From the NCBI GenBank assembly GCA_964366325.1, contig CAYITD010000001.1, forward strand, positions 119,634 to 183,633: DNA of 64,000 nt, written 5' to 3'. Of this stretch, positions 49,801-59,585 are shown piece after piece. The notes beneath the pieces are model-generated. The model searched no databases, was not told the DNA's origin, and worked only from the letters and a program-made list of their open reading frames with translations. This stretch comes from Candidatus Woesearchaeota archaeon (GTDB lineage: Archaea > Nanobdellota > Nanobdellia > Pacearchaeales > GW2011-AR1). How positions within the stretch are numbered: position 1 is the stretch's first letter; each line of letters starts with the position of its first letter. The position numbers and the translations under genes were made by a program.

Positions 49801-50053
49801 ATTTTTCTCCCAAAATATTTCCAGTTTCATGTTGCAACTCAACAGAATTTTTTTTCACATGTTTCATTAAACCAGCAATAGCATTCACAGGATCATCTAA
49901 CTTTTCTTCTTCAATTGAAGAAAAAGTCCAATTATTAATGGCCTCTTCTGCAGCCATACTAAAAGCTCCTTTACGATATCCAAATCTTTTCATAGCTATT
50001 TTTCTAAATATCTCTTCTACGCCATCAGTTATACTTATTTTCATTTCACCCAT
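49772..50053 (-). CDS. Putative antitoxin (VapB-like) upstream of PIN gene
   Basis: 93 aa, position and size typical; overlaps vapC-like start. Confidence 0.4.
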   Translation of the reverse strand: MGEMKISITDGVEEIFRKIAMKRFGYRKGAFSMAAEEAINNWTFSSIEEEKLDDPVNAIAGLMKHVKKNSVELQHETGNILGEKYVNRRKHFS

Positions 50054-50318
50054 AGGTACTTATGGGAGAAAGTAATATATAAATGTTTCTCCAAATTATA
50101 AATTTAGCATAACAGAAAAGCTTTTATAGCGTCAAAATAGGGAATCTTCCCAGAAAAGTTCGTTTATTTCCGTTTGGATCTAATACGCCGATGCAAACAT
50201 CGGCCAAACGGTAATTAGAGATTGTCAGTCATAAAGCGAAAAAATTCGCGAATACTTCAGCAGCTTGCTGTGGTTGAGTAGAGAACTTTTAGACAATCTA
50301 TTTATTTTCTGACTTTCA

Positions 50319-50903
50319 ATGAAATACACAATCTGCCTAGACCAAGTAGTCCGTAGTAAATTTGGAGATAGAACTAGCGGAGCTACTGCTTATTTTGATG
50401 CAAATGCTCTCAAATTTAGATATTCTCCTGCGAAAAGAGTGAAGACTTACGTAACGCATGGAGTTATGGGTGAATTGTCTAGATTTCCTGAAGTTTTCCC
50501 TCAAGATTCTATTAATCAACTTATGGGACTATTAGGTACAAAAACTGTATCTGAATTTGTCCCAATAGAAGATGAGTATATGATTTCAAAAGTAGCTCTT
50601 GAATGTTCTACAAAAGAAAGACAACAAAGAGGACAGATAGGTTGGGTCGACTTACAACAGATAGGTTTAGCACTAGATCATGCTAGAAAAGGTGAAAAAA
50701 CCATTATAATCTCAAGCGATTCTGATATCCTGAGAACAGTCAAAGGATTGGGTAAAAGACTACATTATGCAGCCTGTGGTCTAAGAGCTTTTTCAGTTAG
50801 AAGATATATAGAATCACAGCATGCCCAAGAATTTCAAGGTCTAGGTGGAGAAGAGAGAATAGCTAGATTCAAAGAAATTGAAATGCAGTATAAGGCTGCT
50901 TAA
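50319..50903 (+). CDS. Hypothetical protein (higher GC)
   Basis: 194 aa; TIIISSDSDIL possibly PIN/NYN-like acidic motif. Confidence 0.3.
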   Translation: MKYTICLDQVVRSKFGDRTSGATAYFDANALKFRYSPAKRVKTYVTHGVMGELSRFPEVFPQDSINQLMGLLGTKTVSEFVPIEDEYMISKVALECSTKERQQRGQIGWVDLQQIGLALDHARKGEKTIIISSDSDILRTVKGLGKRLHYAACGLRAFSVRRYIESQHAQEFQGLGGEERIARFKEIEMQYKAA

Positions 50904-50977
50904 TTTAGGATTTATACATTATAACTTTCTTGATAATTCTTCAATCTCAATTTAGCTAAACAGAACCAGTAAATAAA

Positions 50978-51403
50978 TCATCTAAACGACTTCTGTCTCT
51001 TTGCTCTTGCTTTAGAATCCCCAGGTTTCCTTGTTTCCTTTCTTCTGAAATCTGGAACTATCATGTTTCTATCGTACTTAATGAAAGCCTTTTTTAAAAC
51101 ATCCGAACCTGTTATGCCTAAAAGAGCTCTAGCAATTGCAAGTCTTGCGGACTGAATTTGAGCTTCTTTTCCTCCTCCAGAAGTTTTGATGTAAAAATCA
51201 TATTTCAATTCCTCTTCCAACTCCTGAACATAAATTCTCAAAGGTTCAGTTAAAGCTAATCTGTGAAACAACCCAAGCTCATTATGATCTAAATGATTAA
51301 AGAAAACTTTACCACTTCCAGGCTTTACTCTAAGTTTAGACACTGCAGTCTTTCTTTTTCCCGTAAATATCATTTTTTCAAAATTTTTAACATTCTTAGT
51401 CAT
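50978..51403 (-). CDS. rps9: 30S ribosomal protein S9 (uS9)
   Basis: GKRKTAVSKLRVKPGSGKVFFN...ARAKRQKSFR. Confidence 0.9.
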   Translation of the reverse strand: MTKNVKNFEKMIFTGKRKTAVSKLRVKPGSGKVFFNHLDHNELGLFHRLALTEPLRIYVQELEEELKYDFYIKTSGGGKEAQIQSARLAIARALLGITGSDVLKKAFIKYDRNMIVPDFRRKETRKPGDSKARAKRQKSFR

Positions 51404-51404
51404 T

Positions 51405-51809
51405 TTATATCTCCTTGCTTAGATCTAACAAACTAAATGTTGGACCTCTAGCTTCTTTTTTGAACGAAATCTTTTCAGAATTTTCAAACTCTTTAGGAGT
51501 CTTATTATGACAAATGACATTTTCCAAGGCAACTCTGCCTCTCTGTTGTTTATATGGAAGCATGCCTCTAACTGCTCTTTTCATTACTCTAAAAGGTTCT
51601 CTAGGAAAGTTAGGGCCATTTAAGCTTGATCCTCCTCGAACTCTTGCAATTTTATATTCTTCAATTATCATTCTTCTCCCACCCATCAACAACGCTTCGT
51701 TACAGTTTAATATAATTATTTTATTACCTAAAAGAGCTTTTTTAGCGGCATTGCTGGCTATTCTTCCCAAGATCCCTCCAGATGCATCGATTACGATAGT
51801 TTTATTCAT
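51405..51809 (-). CDS. rpl13: 50S ribosomal protein L13 (uL13)
   Basis: MNKTIVIDASGGILGRIASNAAKKALLG... Confidence 0.9.
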   Translation of the reverse strand: MNKTIVIDASGGILGRIASNAAKKALLGNKIIILNCNEALLMGGRRMIIEEYKIARVRGGSSLNGPNFPREPFRVMKRAVRGMLPYKQQRGRVALENVICHNKTPKEFENSEKISFKKEARGPTFSLLDLSKEI

Positions 51810-52201
51810 TTTAACAATTTTATCCCTTCCGCTTTTGGATTTTTCTTTATCTCTTCAAAAAGATTCAAAAATTCTGATTTTGTTTTTCCAAGCTTCTCTC
51901 TAGCAGATTCCGATATGCTAAGTGCACAGATTCTTATTTTTTTCGTAAGTTCTCCTTTTGACAAAACTTTTCCGATTATTACTGCCGTATCTCCATCCTT
52001 CGTTTCTGCATCAATCTGAAAAAGGTTCAAGCTGGTTTGTTTCCTTGTAGACGAAGAAAGGATTTTAGCAACTTCACGCCACTCTGGTTTTCTCATGGCT
52101 TCAAGGCAAACTTCCTTCATAGCTGGACTAGTCTTCCTTCTAGTTCTCCATCTGAGTTTAGTCTTGCTCATCTCAGCTATTCTGTTCTGCTTCTTCTTCA
52201 T
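51806..52201 (-). CDS. rpl18e: 50S ribosomal protein L18e (eL18)
   Basis: 131 aa; DGDTAVIIGKVLSKGELTKKIRICALSISESAREKL; conserved archaeal L18e-L13-S9 order. Confidence 0.8.
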   Translation of the reverse strand: MKKKQNRIAEMSKTKLRWRTRRKTSPAMKEVCLEAMRKPEWREVAKILSSSTRKQTSLNLFQIDAETKDGDTAVIIGKVLSKGELTKKIRICALSISESAREKLGKTKSEFLNLFEEIKKNPKAEGIKLLK

Positions 52202-52276
52202 TTTTATATTGAAAATGAAAGCTATTTAAACCTATCCAATAAAAGCATTTTTATACTCTAATACACATTAATATTC

Positions 52277-52498
52277 ATGAAGAAAATCAGAGTAAACATT
52301 ACAGTAGACAAAGAACTTTTAGAAAAAGCAAAATCCAAGCTAAACCTTTTCGGGGGCAAGTTAAGTACACTGTTTAATCTATATTTAAAAGAGTTTGTTA
52401 ATTCAATTGAAGAAAAGCCAGAAAGAAAAAGCCTAAACGACAAAATAAAGGGACTAGAGCATAGAATAAAAAAGTTAGAGAACAGACCTTCGAACTAG
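52277..52498 (+). CDS. Small ribbon-helix-helix-like protein
   Basis: 73 aa; MKKIRVNITVDKELLEKAKSKL typical RHH/CopG N-terminus. Confidence 0.35.
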   Translation: MKKIRVNITVDKELLEKAKSKLNLFGGKLSTLFNLYLKEFVNSIEEKPERKSLNDKIKGLEHRIKKLENRPSN

Positions 52499-52959
52499 CA
52501 CATTCTTATTTTTCTGCTGCTTATCAAACATTTTTCAGCATAAATTTCAAGACTATCTAAATTCAAACTATCGGAGAAAGAAAAATAATAATTTTTTGTT
52601 TCCTCAATATTTGGGAGAATACAATTTCCGCACAAATCTCCACATTGCCATTTTTTCATTTCACCATTAGAAGTACTAACAACAAAATCCACACCTGACA
52701 AATCATAATTTCCAAGTTTTCTTTTCATCTTTACTTCAATCTCCTTTGTGTTTTGATTGTAGCAGGCATCTTTCAGTTCAAAAGGTGATCTTCCTTGCAT
52801 TTCTAAACAACTTATTTCTGGAGAAAGTTGGGCGCCTGCCTTATTTATAGTTCCCAATACACTAACATAAACCATGGAGGCAGCAACTACAGTTAAAAGA
52901 ATTAAAGTAGAAACAGCAACAACATCTGAAATTCCTTTTCTATTCAATAAATTACGCAT
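52495..52959 (-). CDS. Archaeal pilin-like protein, class III signal peptide
   Basis: MRNLLNRKGISDVVAVSTLILLTVVAASMVYV. Confidence 0.55.
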   Translation of the reverse strand: MRNLLNRKGISDVVAVSTLILLTVVAASMVYVSVLGTINKAGAQLSPEISCLEMQGRSPFELKDACYNQNTKEIEVKMKRKLGNYDLSGVDFVVSTSNGEMKKWQCGDLCGNCILPNIEETKNYYFSFSDSLNLDSLEIYAEKCLISSRKIRMC

Positions 52960-54068
52960 GCTCTACCTCCTAAATCTTTAATGTCAATTCTAGTTTTCTT
53001 ATCATAATGTTCTATTTCTATTTCCGAAGCATCTTCCAATATAGGTGATTTTATGATAAACTTATTGTTTCCAGAAATAGTTTCTCCATCTATTCCTTCA
53101 TCAGCAGGAGCATCGGTAAATATCAGTTCAGGATTAAAATTATCTTTTATCATAGCTTCTCCCTTTGTATCAATTAAATTTATTCCGAAAGACCCATATC
53201 CATTACCACCAACACAACCAGTTTCAATATTTTTATCAAGAAATTTAACTTCATTATTTTCAGCGTTATATTCACCTTCTATTGCGTAGTATTTTTCTTC
53301 TTCACACTTTCTGGAGTCTTTTACAACATTCCCAGTTATAGTTTTTACATTTTCAGAATATTCCTCATCTATTCTTTTTTGAACAAAATTTTTATTAAAT
53401 ATGCCATAATCATCTGTAGATAAAGTCCTCATGACTCCGTCTTCAATAGATCTCTTATATTCTGCGTCAGAACAGCCTTCATAACATCCATTTTTTTCTC
53501 CGCTAAAATCCTCACACGAAGCAACACAATTAGTTGTGCCTCTTGGCAATTTAGCAGGCACATATTCTTCAGCAAAGTTAGCAAAGGAATGTCCAAATTC
53601 ATGTGTTAAAACGCTTAGAGGATGAACAGAGTTTATGCTCATAACATTAGTATAGGAAGAGCTTCTTACATTTGCATCTTCTTTCTTAACAACAAGAATA
53701 TAATCATTTGGGCAGGAAGAAGCTTTTTTTATTAGATCATTCGAATAACACAAAAGAGCTATGCCTTTGTAAATCTCACATTTTGGTTCGTAATCAGATA
53801 TGTAATATATATTGAACTTTTCTTTTTGGTTTTTAAATGGATCAACACTAAGCAGATGTTCAGAATATTGTTTAGCCTCTCTTTCCGTTGAAAAGAAAAC
53901 TAAGTTAATTGCACCTTCACCATTAAAAACAAGAGTTTTACAGCTTTCTAAATTCTTTGGAGAATTACTTAAATCACTGCCTTGGTAGTTAACCAAATAT
54001 AGTGCGAGAGAAACAACAGAAATAGCAAATAATGGGACTGCTATTACTAGAAAAAACTTATTATTCAT
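52944..54068 (-). CDS. Membrane-anchored zinc metallopeptidase, M64 (IgA-peptidase)-like
   Basis: N-term TM; VLTHEFGHSFANFAEEYV = HEXXH followed by ExxY, resembles Peptidase_M64 HEFGHSF..L.DEY. Confidence 0.5.
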   Translation of the reverse strand: MNNKFFLVIAVPLFAISVVSLALYLVNYQGSDLSNSPKNLESCKTLVFNGEGAINLVFFSTEREAKQYSEHLLSVDPFKNQKEKFNIYYISDYEPKCEIYKGIALLCYSNDLIKKASSCPNDYILVVKKEDANVRSSSYTNVMSINSVHPLSVLTHEFGHSFANFAEEYVPAKLPRGTTNCVASCEDFSGEKNGCYEGCSDAEYKRSIEDGVMRTLSTDDYGIFNKNFVQKRIDEEYSENVKTITGNVVKDSRKCEEEKYYAIEGEYNAENNEVKFLDKNIETGCVGGNGYGSFGINLIDTKGEAMIKDNFNPELIFTDAPADEGIDGETISGNNKFIIKSPILEDASEIEIEHYDKKTRIDIKDLGGRACVIY

Positions 54069-54114
54069 AAAAGAAATACAACTAAGAGGTTTAATAAGAT
54101 TACGCTAAATTTCT

Positions 54115-55119
54115 TTAAGCAACAACACTTTCCTTATCTAACCCGTTTTTCTTAAATCCTAATATATTTTCAACAGTTTTTTTTATTATTTTTTCTAATG
54201 CTTCCTTGCTATAGAAAGCAATATGCGGTGTAAAGACAACATTATCTCTTCTTAGCAATTCATGGTCTTTTGCCAAAAGCTCTAAATCCTTTCTATTTTT
54301 CTCATGGTGTAAAATTTCTCTTTCTTCTCTTATCAAATTTTCACCTTCAATAACATCCAAACCAACACCCGAAACAATTTTCTTATCTAGAGCATTCAAC
54401 AAAGCAGAACTGTCTATTAATGGACCACGTGCAGTGTTTATTAAAATTACACCTTTTTTCATTTTCTCAAAAGAAGAGGCATCTATCATATGATGGTTTT
54501 CTTTAGAGTAGGGAACATGCAAACTAATAACATCAGATTTCTTTAAGACCTCAACCAGAGAGGCATACTTAAATCCAAGTTGTTCAGCCAAAAAATCATC
54601 TTCATGTCTATCGTTAACCAATACATTCATTTCAAATCCTCTGGCAATTCTTATAACATGTTTTCCTATTTTTCCAGCCCCTATAACTCCCAACGTTTTC
54701 CCCTGTAAATCAAAACCCATAAGGCCATCAATGCAAAAATCATTTGCCAATTTCCTCAAATATGACTGGTGGACTTTCCTTGATAGAGCGAGCAACAAGG
54801 CAAATGCGTGCTCTGCAACAGTATTCTCACCATACGTCGGGACAACACAAACTTTTATTTTCTTTTTTTTACACTCTTTAACATCTATATGATCATAACC
54901 CATAGATCTTGTAGTAATCAACTTAACTTTTTTTAATTTATCAATAATTTTCTTATTAATTTTAGAGTATATAAAAACAGAAATAATCTCCGCATCCTTA
55001 GCTCTATCTAAATTATCTAAATTGAGTGGCTCAGAAAAAATCTTAACATCATGTCCTTTCAGCTTACTTTTTATCTCGCTTATTTCCCATCCCTGAATTT
55101 CAAAAAATACTATCTTCAC
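54115..55119 (-). CDS. D-isomer-specific 2-hydroxyacid dehydrogenase (NAD-dependent)
   Basis: GKTLGVIGAGKIGKHVIRIARGFEMNVL Rossmann; catalytic R/E/H arrangement near C-term. Confidence 0.8.
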   Translation of the reverse strand: MKIVFFEIQGWEISEIKSKLKGHDVKIFSEPLNLDNLDRAKDAEIISVFIYSKINKKIIDKLKKVKLITTRSMGYDHIDVKECKKKKIKVCVVPTYGENTVAEHAFALLLALSRKVHQSYLRKLANDFCIDGLMGFDLQGKTLGVIGAGKIGKHVIRIARGFEMNVLVNDRHEDDFLAEQLGFKYASLVEVLKKSDVISLHVPYSKENHHMIDASSFEKMKKGVILINTARGPLIDSSALLNALDKKIVSGVGLDVIEGENLIREEREILHHEKNRKDLELLAKDHELLRRDNVVFTPHIAFYSKEALEKIIKKTVENILGFKKNGLDKESVVA

Positions 55120-55234
55120 TTTTCACCTCAAAATAGCAAGTAAAAATCAATATATAAATTATGCGGATTTTCAAACCTAGAATTCAAAAATCATAACATC
55201 ATAAATTAAAAAGGCATATAAATCCCATTTATTT

Positions 55235-58210
55235 ATGACTAAAATGAATAAAGAAGCACAAAAAATAGATTTCAAAAAAATAGAAAAGAAATGGCAGAAA
55301 GTCTGGGCAGATAATGAAGTTTTTGAAGCTAAAGAAATAGAAAAAAAGAAGAAATTTTACATTTTAGAAATGTTTCCGTATCCTTCTTCTTCAGGGTTGC
55401 ATATGGGTCACGCACTCAATTATACAATCGGGGATATATTTGCGAGATATAAAAAAATGCAAGGTTTTAATATTCTTCACCCAATGGGTTTCGATTCATT
55501 TGGTCTTCCTGCAGAGAATGCTGCTATCAAAGCTAAATCTCACCCAAAAAAGTTCACAGAAGAAGCTATAAAAAATTATATAAAACAGATGAAAAATTTA
55601 GGCATAAGTTACGATTGGTCAAGAGAAATAGAAACTCACAAACCTGAATATTATAAGTGGGATCAATGGATCTTCTTAAAAATGTTTGAAAAAGGTTTAG
55701 TCTATAAAAAAAAGTCTCCAGTAAACTGGTGTCCTGAATGTAATACAGTTTTAGCAAATGAACAAGTTCAGGGTGGAAAATGTTGGAGGCACGAAGAGAC
55801 AAATGTTGAAATAAAGCATCTTGAACAATGGTACTTAAAAATCACGGAATATGCAGAGGAACTATATGACTCTCTTAACAAATTAACAGACTGGCCTGAA
55901 ACAATAAAGACACTTCAGAGAAATTGGATATCAAAAAGTGAAGGGACAGAAGTTGTTTTCAAAATAAATAACGAAAATTGGAAAATATTTACAACGCGCC
56001 CAGATACTTTATTCGGAGTAACTTTTCTCGTTGTCTCAGCACAACATGCAAGACTTATGGATTTTGTATCAAAGGAAAAAAAGCTAGAAGTGGAAAAATT
56101 TGTTAGGAAACTAAATTCCGTTAAAGAAGAAGATATAGAAAAGTTGAACAAAGAAGGAGTTTTTACAGGAAGTTATGCAGAGCATCCATTGACAAAAGAA
56201 AAAATTCCTGTTTGGGTAGGTAATTTTGTAGTTGCTGATTATGGTTCTGGAATAGTTATGGCTGTGCCTGCACACGATCAAAGAGACTTTGAATTTGCGA
56301 AGAAGTACGGTTTGCAAATTAACCCAGTAATGTCTTCAGAAGAAGAAAAAAACGGCGCACAAGATCTTCTCGAGTCAGAATTTAAGAAATTTGTAGAAAA
56401 GGCGAAAAAAGAAAAAAAAGAATTTATCCTAAGCGGAGGTTTTAGCATTCGCATTTTGAGAGGCGTGCGTTATAGAAATCACAAGGATATAGATATATTA
56501 ATTCCAAAGAAAGATTTTGCTTTTTGGAAAAATTATTTTACAAATAATGGGTACGAAGACTGGAGAGAACCAGGAGATAATAAAAGAGACTACTCAAATT
56601 ATGCACTTTATACAAAAGAGATAAACGGATTTGATATCGAGTTTGATATATTTACAATAGAAAAAGATGAACATGGCTACTTTGACAGAGAGTGGGGAAA
56701 GAAAAGGTATTGGAATATTAATTTTGAGGATATAACCTCTTTTGATTATAATGGCGCAGAAATTAAACTTTCAACAAAATTAACTTCCTTTAGAGATGTT
56801 CCTGAAAATAGAAACAAGAAGAAATTAGCTTTAGATTCTTGCTTTGCTTTAGAGAAAGCTTATGAAGGCACAGGAATTCTAATGAATTCAGAAGCTTTCT
56901 CAGATCTTTTCAGCTCAGAAGCTAAAGAACATATAACAAAGGCCTTAGAGGAGAAAAAATTAGGCAATCATGCAACAAACTTCAAATTGAGAGACTGGTT
57001 AATTTCAAGACAGAGATTCTGGGGTACACCTATTCCTATAATTAATTGCAGTGTCTGTGGTTCTGTTCCTATATCAGAAGAAGATCTTCCTGTAGTTCTT
57101 CCTGATAAAATAAAATTTGAGAAGGTAAAAAATCCATTGATAGAGTACGGTAAATTTGTAAACACAAATTGTCCTAAGTGTGGCGGAAAAGCAAAGAGAG
57201 AAACAGACACAATGGACACTTTTGTTAATTCCTCATGGTATTATTTAAGATACTGTGATCCGAAAAATAAAAATGAGATATTTGATAAAAGGAAAGTAAG
57301 TTACTGGTGCCCGATTGATCTTTATATCGGTGGAAAAGAACACGCTTGCTTGCATCTAATATACATAAGGTTTTACACGAAATTTCTAAGAGATTTAGGA
57401 TTGCTTAAATTTGACGAACCCGCTTTAAGACTATTTAACCAAGGGTTTCTATTAGGCCCAGATGGGGAAAAAATGAGCAAGTCAAAAGGCAATGTTATTG
57501 TTCCTGAAATAGTTTCAGAAAAATATGGGATTGATACTGCTCGTTTATTCTTAGTCTCTATAGCGAGTCCAGATAAAGACATAATTTGGAGCGAAAATGG
57601 TGTCGAGGGTTCCCTAAAATTTATCAGAAAAATATTTGATTATGCAAAAAACCTTAAAATAGGTAAGACAAGTGAAAAGCTAGAATCAAAAATAAATAAA
57701 ACCATAAAACAAGTAACAGATGATATAGAGTATTTAAAATATAATTTCGCTGTTATCAAATTAAGATCTCTTTTCGAATCTTTAGAAAATGAAATTTCAA
57801 AACAAGATTTTGAAAAGTGCGTAAAACTCCTTTCTCCTATATGCCCGCATATTGCAGAAGAGCTTTGGAGCAAGTTAGGAAATAAAAGTATTTTGTCTTC
57901 GGAGTCTTGGCCTTCTTATGATGGGTCAAAAATAAATGAAAAATTTGAAAAAACAGAAGAACTTACAGAGAAAACAGTTTCAGACATACTAAATATCTTT
58001 AAAATAGTCTCAGAAAGAGAAAATAAAGAAGTAGAAAAAGTTTATCTCTACGTGCTTCCTCACGAACTCGAGAATTATTCTGAAAAAGAAATTTCAATTC
58101 GTATTAATAAACCAGTTAAGATTTTTTCAGTTTCTGATAAAAACAAATATGATCCACAAGGAAAATCCTCAAAGGCTAAGCCAAATAAGCCTGCAATATA
58201 CGTCGAATAA
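55235..58210 (+). CDS. leuS: Leucyl-tRNA synthetase (archaeal type) with an internal nucleotidyltransferase-like insertion
   Basis: 991 aa; PYPSSSGLHMGHA, editing-domain end PAHDQRDFEFAKKYGL, LRDWLISRQRFWGTPIP, KMSKSKGN. Confidence 0.9.
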   Translation: MTKMNKEAQKIDFKKIEKKWQKVWADNEVFEAKEIEKKKKFYILEMFPYPSSSGLHMGHALNYTIGDIFARYKKMQGFNILHPMGFDSFGLPAENAAIKAKSHPKKFTEEAIKNYIKQMKNLGISYDWSREIETHKPEYYKWDQWIFLKMFEKGLVYKKKSPVNWCPECNTVLANEQVQGGKCWRHEETNVEIKHLEQWYLKITEYAEELYDSLNKLTDWPETIKTLQRNWISKSEGTEVVFKINNENWKIFTTRPDTLFGVTFLVVSAQHARLMDFVSKEKKLEVEKFVRKLNSVKEEDIEKLNKEGVFTGSYAEHPLTKEKIPVWVGNFVVADYGSGIVMAVPAHDQRDFEFAKKYGLQINPVMSSEEEKNGAQDLLESEFKKFVEKAKKEKKEFILSGGFSIRILRGVRYRNHKDIDILIPKKDFAFWKNYFTNNGYEDWREPGDNKRDYSNYALYTKEINGFDIEFDIFTIEKDEHGYFDREWGKKRYWNINFEDITSFDYNGAEIKLSTKLTSFRDVPENRNKKKLALDSCFALEKAYEGTGILMNSEAFSDLFSSEAKEHITKALEEKKLGNHATNFKLRDWLISRQRFWGTPIPIINCSVCGSVPISEEDLPVVLPDKIKFEKVKNPLIEYGKFVNTNCPKCGGKAKRETDTMDTFVNSSWYYLRYCDPKNKNEIFDKRKVSYWCPIDLYIGGKEHACLHLIYIRFYTKFLRDLGLLKFDEPALRLFNQGFLLGPDGEKMSKSKGNVIVPEIVSEKYGIDTARLFLVSIASPDKDIIWSENGVEGSLKFIRKIFDYAKNLKIGKTSEKLESKINKTIKQVTDDIEYLKYNFAVIKLRSLFESLENEISKQDFEKCVKLLSPICPHIAEELWSKLGNKSILSSESWPSYDGSKINEKFEKTEELTEKTVSDILNIFKIVSERENKEVEKVYLYVLPHELENYSEKEISIRINKPVKIFSVSDKNKYDPQGKSSKAKPNKPAIYVE

Positions 58211-58337
58211 ATTTATCTGTGTAAAAATGCGGAGAGGACGACTTTCCCTAAAAGTTAAGGTCAGTTACATAATGTAATTTATATAACATTGAAACAGCTT
58301 CTATATTTATATTTTGTCATAAAATAATATATACGTT

Positions 58338-59474
58338 CTATAATTTTTCATAAATTTTATTTTTAGTCTCTTCATCTTTTGTGTTAAATTTTTCTACAAT
58401 ACTATCAATTATATTTTTTCTTATTTTGTAGGTATTAGCCCATTTTGCATATCCAAACCAGCCTTGCAGTTCTTCAATTAATTTGTTTGGGCTTGTTTGT
58501 GTCGGATCATAATTGTCTAGTTTTTCTTTAAACTTTCTTATAAAAATACGTATATTTCTCTTTCTGAGCAGCTTATGATAATAAAAAACTCTATAACCTA
58601 AGAAAGTAACCCCTTTTCTCAATGGAATTATTTTTGATTTATCTGGGTGCAATTCAAGATTTATGTTTTTTAGAAATTCTATGATTTTTATTTTGAAATA
58701 TTCTAATCTTTTTTTGCTTCTGTGTAAAATTACAAAGTCATCAACATATCTTATGTAATATTTAGCTTTAAGTTCATGTTTAACAAAATAATCTAGTTCA
58801 TTAAGGTAAACATTAGCGAAAAACTGAGAAGTGTAATTCCCTAAGGGCATCCCTTTCCCTTTAACTTCAGAGTCAAAATTTTTCAAGATCAATCTTACAA
58901 GCCAAATAAATTTTCCATCTTTTATTTTCTTTCTTAATATAGAAATTAATACTTCATGATCCACACTATCAAAATAATGTTTTATGTCTGCTTTCAAACA
59001 ATATCCTTGAATTGAATCATAATCTCGCACTATAAAGTTGTTCGCCCCCCCCCCCGAACTAGCTGTCTTTAAGATAAGTCCATTTTGAGAGACTTTTCTT
59101 TTAAAATAATCAAATCTCTGTATAGCTGGATGTGTACCTTTATCCTTTCTGCTTGCAAAAAAATCATAAATGAATATTTTTTCAAAAATTGGATCTAAAA
59201 TGTTAATTACTGCGTGATGCACAATTCTATCTCTAAAAGCTGAAGCGTGTATTGTTCTTGTTTTCGGATCTCTAACTATAAATTTTTTGAGAGGTCTAGG
59301 CCTATAATTCATATTTTCAAGATCTGTTTTTAGATTTTCAAGATTTTCCTTAAAATCTTTATCAAATTCAACAACAGACAATTTTTTGCTCTTTCCTTTT
59401 TTTGCTTTTAAATATGCTAAACAGATATTTTCTGAACTGCAAAGTTTTCGATAGACATTTTTGTATCTTTTCAT
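58338..59474 (-). CDS. Diversity-generating retroelement (DGR) reverse transcriptase
   Basis: 378 aa; RT motif 4 as PLGNYTSQFFANVYL (DGR-specific [IV]GxxxSQ instead of group II QGxxxSP), motif 5 YIRYVDDFVIL; cognate TR/VR pair found. Confidence 0.8.
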   Translation of the reverse strand: MKRYKNVYRKLCSSENICLAYLKAKKGKSKKLSVVEFDKDFKENLENLKTDLENMNYRPRPLKKFIVRDPKTRTIHASAFRDRIVHHAVINILDPIFEKIFIYDFFASRKDKGTHPAIQRFDYFKRKVSQNGLILKTASSGGGANNFIVRDYDSIQGYCLKADIKHYFDSVDHEVLISILRKKIKDGKFIWLVRLILKNFDSEVKGKGMPLGNYTSQFFANVYLNELDYFVKHELKAKYYIRYVDDFVILHRSKKRLEYFKIKIIEFLKNINLELHPDKSKIIPLRKGVTFLGYRVFYYHKLLRKRNIRIFIRKFKEKLDNYDPTQTSPNKLIEELQGWFGYAKWANTYKIRKNIIDSIVEKFNTKDEETKNKIYEKL

Positions 59475-59497
59475 ATTATAAGCCTTAGAGGTCAGGT

Positions 59498-59585
59498 TAT
59501 TCCGAGCGACGCATTAGTGTTAGATGGATTCCTATTGCAGTTCAGGTTAGCCCTGTCTGAATTAGCATTGAACCTAGCGACAGTT
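59498..59585 (-). repeat. DGR template repeat (TR)
   Basis: reverse complement aligns base-for-base with 62243-62330; ~18 mismatches, all at TR adenines; lies just upstream of RT on same strand. Confidence 0.8.

Noticed and set aside
58338-59474. Group II intron / retron interpretation of the reverse transcriptase
   Set aside because: No maturase/X or En domains, only 378 aa, motif 4 is GNYTSQ (DGR-type SQ, not QG...SP), and a TR/VR pair with adenine-specific differences is present.
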